Assembly (NCBI GenBank): GCA_046758705.1
Contig: JBHIAT010000125.1
Span: 1 to 11,270 of the forward strand
Length of the DNA stretch: 11,270 bases
From: Candidatus Bipolaricaulia bacterium
GTDB lineage: Bacteria > Bipolaricaulota > Bipolaricaulia > JBHIAT01
Direction: 5' to 3'
The position numbers were made by a program, and so were the translations under genes. Positions 8,248 to 11,270 of the stretch are shown piece by piece. The first letter of the stretch is position 1; each line of letters begins with the position of its first letter. The notes beneath the pieces were generated by a model. The model had not been told where the DNA came from and ran no database searches. It saw only the letters and a list, made by a program, of their open reading frames with translations.

Positions 8248-9374
8248 TCCTCTCCGTCCCCGTCAACCTCGACGCCAACCGGCTCCCGTGCTTCGGCATC
8301 CGATGTCTCGGCTTGGCTCTGGCTCCCGTTCCGCTTTCCGTTCGCCGTCCAGCGCCGTCCCTCACGGACCAGCGTCAACAACCCCCTCGGTCGCCTGAAC
8401 GCGTTGACGATCGAACCTGCCTCGAAACCGCTGTGCATCATGCAGCTGGCGCACCGCGGATCTTTGCCCGGCCCGTATTGCTTCCACAACTCCTCATCCA
8501 TCAGCTCCGCGACCGAGTCGACATGCTCATCGGCCATCAGGTAACAGGGCTTGCGCCAGCCCAACGGCGTGTAGGTCGGGTTCGACCAAGCGGTGCACGG
8601 ATGGTCGCGCTCACCCCGGAGGAAACTGAGGTACAGCGGGCTGTTATAGAACCGGAACCCGTGCTTCGGATCGAGGATCTTGCGGAAGGCCTTGATCGAC
8701 TCCCGCCGTTCCATGAAGATATCCCGATCGGTCACCGACTGGTAAGGGTAGCCCGCAGAGACCATGATTCCCTCAAACCCCAGATCGGTGAGGGTGCCGA
8801 ACAGCTCGTTCAGATCCTCGAAGTCGCTGTCCCGGAACAGGGTGGTGTTGGAGCAGACCCGATAACCCTGCTCGAGCGCCTTCTTGGCAGCGGCCATCGC
8901 TATCGTCCACACGCCCTCGCGCTCGACCCAATAGTCATGGACTTTCTCCATTCCGTCAAGGTGGATGACGAAGCAAAGGTACTTAGACGGCTTGAATCGC
9001 TCGAGCGCCCGTTCCAGAAGCAGGGCGTTGGTACACAGGTAGACGAACCGCTTCTGCGCAATGATCCCCTCGACGATCTCGACGATCCCGGGGTGGATCA
9101 TGGGCTCGCCCCCGGCGATCGAAACGATTGGAGCTCCGGATTCCTCCACCACCCGCAAGCACTCCTCGACTGACAGCAGTTTGTTCTTGCGGATGACCGA
9201 GTCCTTGTACTCCCGGATTCGTCCACACCCCTTGCAGGTCAGGTTACAGGTCTCCAACGGCTCCAGCATCGTCACCATCGGGAACCGCTTCTTGCCTCTG
9301 AGCAGGTTCTTGGTGATATACCAGGTCAACTTCAACCCCAGGGTGAACGGCCGTCTCGGCTTTCTCCCTGCCAT
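8244..9374 (-). CDS. hpnH: Adenosyl-hopene transferase HpnH (radical SAM), 376 aa
   Basis: KRFP...MLEPL..CNLTCKGC (CxxxCxxC), VSIAGGEP, YLCTNALLL, HLDG, CTAWSNPT..P.GW.KPCYL and CASCMMHSGFE all match HpnH. It is in the same operon as shc. Confidence 0.93.
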   Translation of the reverse strand: MAGRKPRRPFTLGLKLTWYITKNLLRGKKRFPMVTMLEPLETCNLTCKGCGRIREYKDSVIRKNKLLSVEECLRVVEESGAPIVSIAGGEPMIHPGIVEIVEGIIAQKRFVYLCTNALLLERALERFKPSKYLCFVIHLDGMEKVHDYWVEREGVWTIAMAAAKKALEQGYRVCSNTTLFRDSDFEDLNELFGTLTDLGFEGIMVSAGYPYQSVTDRDIFMERRESIKAFRKILDPKHGFRFYNSPLYLSFLRGERDHPCTAWSNPTYTPLGWRKPCYLMADEHVDSVAELMDEELWKQYGPGKDPRCASCMMHSGFEAGSIVNAFRRPRGLLTLVREGRRWTANGKRNGSQSQAETSDAEAREPVGVEVDGDGEE

Positions 9375-9402
9375 AGTGATGCATTCGCTCCTTTCTCTTC
9401 CG

Positions 9403-10416
9403 TCAACGCTCCCGGCTCAATAGGAAGTCGGTTAACTTTTCCATCTCTCGTTCCGCCCAGGACGGTAACGGAACTTCATCCAATGCCTTCAGCGCCCGCT
9501 GGCATTCCATCTCGGCCATCCGCTGGACATAGGTGTAGGCGTCCAACCGTTCCAGGATCGAGATGACCGCGTGCGCCACCTGCTGGTCCATGCGTCCCCC
9601 GTAGTGCTGGATCAACTCCTCCCGGACGGCTCCGGTCGCCTGCTCCAGCGCATAGACGACCGGCAACGTCTTCTTCCTTCTCAGGATGTCGTTCGCCGTC
9701 GGCTTGCCGGTGTGTTCGACATCCCCCCAGATCCCGAGCAGATCGTCCCGAAACTGGAAGGCAAGTCCGAGGTGCTCCCCGCAACGCCGGAAGGCACGGA
9801 TCGTCTCCGGATCATCACAGCTCAACAACGCTCCAAGCTCCAGGGCACAGGTGATCAGCGCCTCCGTCTTCCGCGACACCATATCCAAATAATCGTTCAC
9901 CGTGACCCCGAGCCGCCCTTCGTAGCCCAGATCGAGATGCTGCCCTTCGATCATCTCAAGCGTCGCCCGGGTGAGGATTCGAATCGCCTCCAGCACCCGT
10001 TGTGGTTCAACCCCCGCCTGACTCAAGCGAAGCAGCACCTGGACGGCCAATGTGTGCATCGCATCGCCGGCGTTGATCGCCTGGGGCTTCCCCCAGATCG
10101 CCCAGACGGTCGGACGGTGACGACGTTCCCTATCGTCGTCCTGGATATCATCATGGATCAGGGAGAAGTTGTGGATCAGCTCGACGGCGAGCGCGGCAGG
10201 CAGGGCGGTTTGTGGGTTCCCGCCCAACGCCTCACAGGCGAACAGACACAGCGTCGGCCGGAGCGCCTTGCCTCCCCCTTCACAACAGGGATCTCCCGCC
10301 TCATCCTCGAAGCCAAGATGGTAGCACATCATCCGGTAGATGCCTGGCTCCTGAGTCAGGCAGTCCCGCAGCCCTGTTTCAATCTCAGATCGGTACCGAG
10401 TGAAGAACTCAGTCAT
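9403..10416 (-). CDS. Short-chain trans-polyprenyl diphosphate synthase (FPP/GGPP synthase, IdsA/HopD-like), ~337 aa
   Basis: GGKALRP, first Asp-rich motif HNFSLIHDDIQD....RRHRPT, AINAGD, EGQHLD, KT, second motif FQFRDDLLG, GK...NDI...KKTLP. ATG 10416 overlaps the regulator stop (ATGA, 10413-10416) and has AGGAG/GAGG upstream. Confidence 0.92.
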   Translation of the reverse strand: MTEFFTRYRSEIETGLRDCLTQEPGIYRMMCYHLGFEDEAGDPCCEGGGKALRPTLCLFACEALGGNPQTALPAALAVELIHNFSLIHDDIQDDDRERRHRPTVWAIWGKPQAINAGDAMHTLAVQVLLRLSQAGVEPQRVLEAIRILTRATLEMIEGQHLDLGYEGRLGVTVNDYLDMVSRKTEALITCALELGALLSCDDPETIRAFRRCGEHLGLAFQFRDDLLGIWGDVEHTGKPTANDILRRKKTLPVVYALEQATGAVREELIQHYGGRMDQQVAHAVISILERLDAYTYVQRMAEMECQRALKALDEVPLPSWAEREMEKLTDFLLSRER

Positions 10417-11129
10417 CCGCCTCTCTCCTTTTCCCATTCCTGTTTTCCTACTTCATCGATCCCGAGCCGCTCGTCCAACCGGATGATCCCGGCTCGCTGG
10501 GCGAACTTGACCAGCTCGGCTGCGTTGTGAAGGTCGAGCTTGCGCATCAGGTTCGCCCGATGGTTGCGCACCGTCTCGACGCTACGACACAGAATCTCGG
10601 CGATTCTGTCGTTCGCATAGCCCTCGGCAATCAACTGCAGCACCTCCCGTTCCCGGGACGTCAGTGCATCATAGCCCGGTGCCGGTTCTCCTGGCCCGTC
10701 TCGCTCCGTTATCCCCACATGCAACGCCGATGAGAAGAACCGATCGCCGGCGATTACCCGTTGCAGGGCGGTCGTCAGTTCCGCGCCGCTGTCCCGCTTG
10801 AGCAGATATCCTCGGACACCGATCCGTATCGCCTCCCGGACGAAGACATCATCATCGTAGACCGACAGCAGAATGATTCGAGTCTCAGGCAGGAGGGCCA
10901 GGATACGCCGTGCCGCCTCCAGACCGTTAAGCAACGGCATCGATATGTCGAGGATGGCGACGTTTGGCCGGTGAGCCTCGGCCTCGCTTACCGCCTGCTG
11001 ACCGGTCTCCGCCTCGGCGACGACCTCAACCCCGTCCTCGCGCTCCAACAGCGCTCGGATCCCCTGACGGACCACGGCATGATCATCCGCTAACAGAACC
11101 TTAATCTCTTTAACCCCTTCCGAGTCCAT
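10413..11129 (-). CDS. NarL/FixJ (LuxR-HTH) family two-component response regulator, 238 aa
   Basis: Receiver domain with VLLADDH, phospho-acceptor ILDISMP, LSVY and GYLLK. C-terminal LuxR HTH: LTSREREVLQLIAEG....IA..L..SVETV..HR..LMRKL. Confidence 0.95.
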   Translation of the reverse strand: MDSEGVKEIKVLLADDHAVVRQGIRALLEREDGVEVVAEAETGQQAVSEAEAHRPNVAILDISMPLLNGLEAARRILALLPETRIILLSVYDDDVFVREAIRIGVRGYLLKRDSGAELTTALQRVIAGDRFFSSALHVGITERDGPGEPAPGYDALTSREREVLQLIAEGYANDRIAEILCRSVETVRNHRANLMRKLDLHNAAELVKFAQRAGIIRLDERLGIDEVGKQEWEKERGG

Positions 11130-11146
11130 GGCCGCTTGTTTTTTAT

Positions 11147-11198
11147 TTTTTCCCGATTGTCCCCTCCCGCTCTATTTTACACATTTTATCGGGAGAAA
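11147..11198. repeat. Imperfect inverted repeat in the predicted 5' leader
   Basis: ttttTCCCGAT (11147-11157) versus ATCGGGAgaaa (11188-11198): 10 of 11 positions are complementary, with a 30-nt spacer. Confidence 0.45.
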
Positions 11199-11223
11199 CG
11201 CGCGTTGATAATAGGGGAAATGT

Positions 11224-11252
11224 ACTATATTTCTCTAGAACCATTGTTTCAA
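11224..11252 (-). promoter_or_regulatory. Putative sigma70-type promoter of the operon
   Basis: Minus strand reads TTGAAA (11252-11247), a 17-nt spacer, then TATAGT (11229-11224), a 5/6 match to each consensus box. It lies in an AT-rich tract (about 39% GC over 11131-11270, hand count), about 95 nt upstream of the regulator ATG. Confidence 0.65.
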
Positions 11253-11270
11253 CAAGTTTATCGCATCATG

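Noticed and set aside
5234-8349. Similar ~18-nt sequences near the 3' ends of ispG (5234-5251) and hpnH (8331-8349), both encoding NGKR
   Set aside because: Only two short, low-complexity copies with a gap and a mismatch; consistent with chance.
9244-9384. Out-of-frame ATG at 9384 next to the hpnH RBS, opening a 46-codon ORF
   Set aside because: The RBS spacing is only 3 nt, the ORF is almost wholly nested in hpnH and the peptide has no features, so there is no support for a leader peptide.
11205-11270. Possible divergent plus-strand promoter (TTGATA-15-TATATT) and ATG at the window end
   Set aside because: The spacer is suboptimal, there is no RBS, and no downstream sequence is available to confirm a gene.

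Overview
The window holds one tightly packed minus-strand operon for hopanoid (triterpenoid membrane lipid) biosynthesis in a GC-rich bacterium (roughly 60% GC by eye). In transcription order (right to left) it runs: AT-rich promoter region, NarL/LuxR-family response regulator, polyprenyl diphosphate synthase, hpnH (radical SAM), hpnG-like nucleoside phosphorylase, hpnA-like NAD-dependent epimerase/dehydratase, ispG, shc (squalene-hopene cyclase), ispH, yjbQ/UPF0047, hpnC, hpnD, and hpnE (truncated by the left edge and missed by the ORF track). Together these cover the path from the last two MEP steps through squalene and hopene to adenosyl/ribosyl-hopane. Notable points are an orphan response regulator coupled to the first enzyme, a YjbQ protein of unknown function embedded in the operon, ispG and ispH flanking shc, a type I GGPP-synthase-like prenyltransferase, a reshuffled gene order and strong CGATCG enrichment. 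All calls come from reading motifs; no database search was run. I saw no RNA genes, CRISPR arrays or mobile elements.
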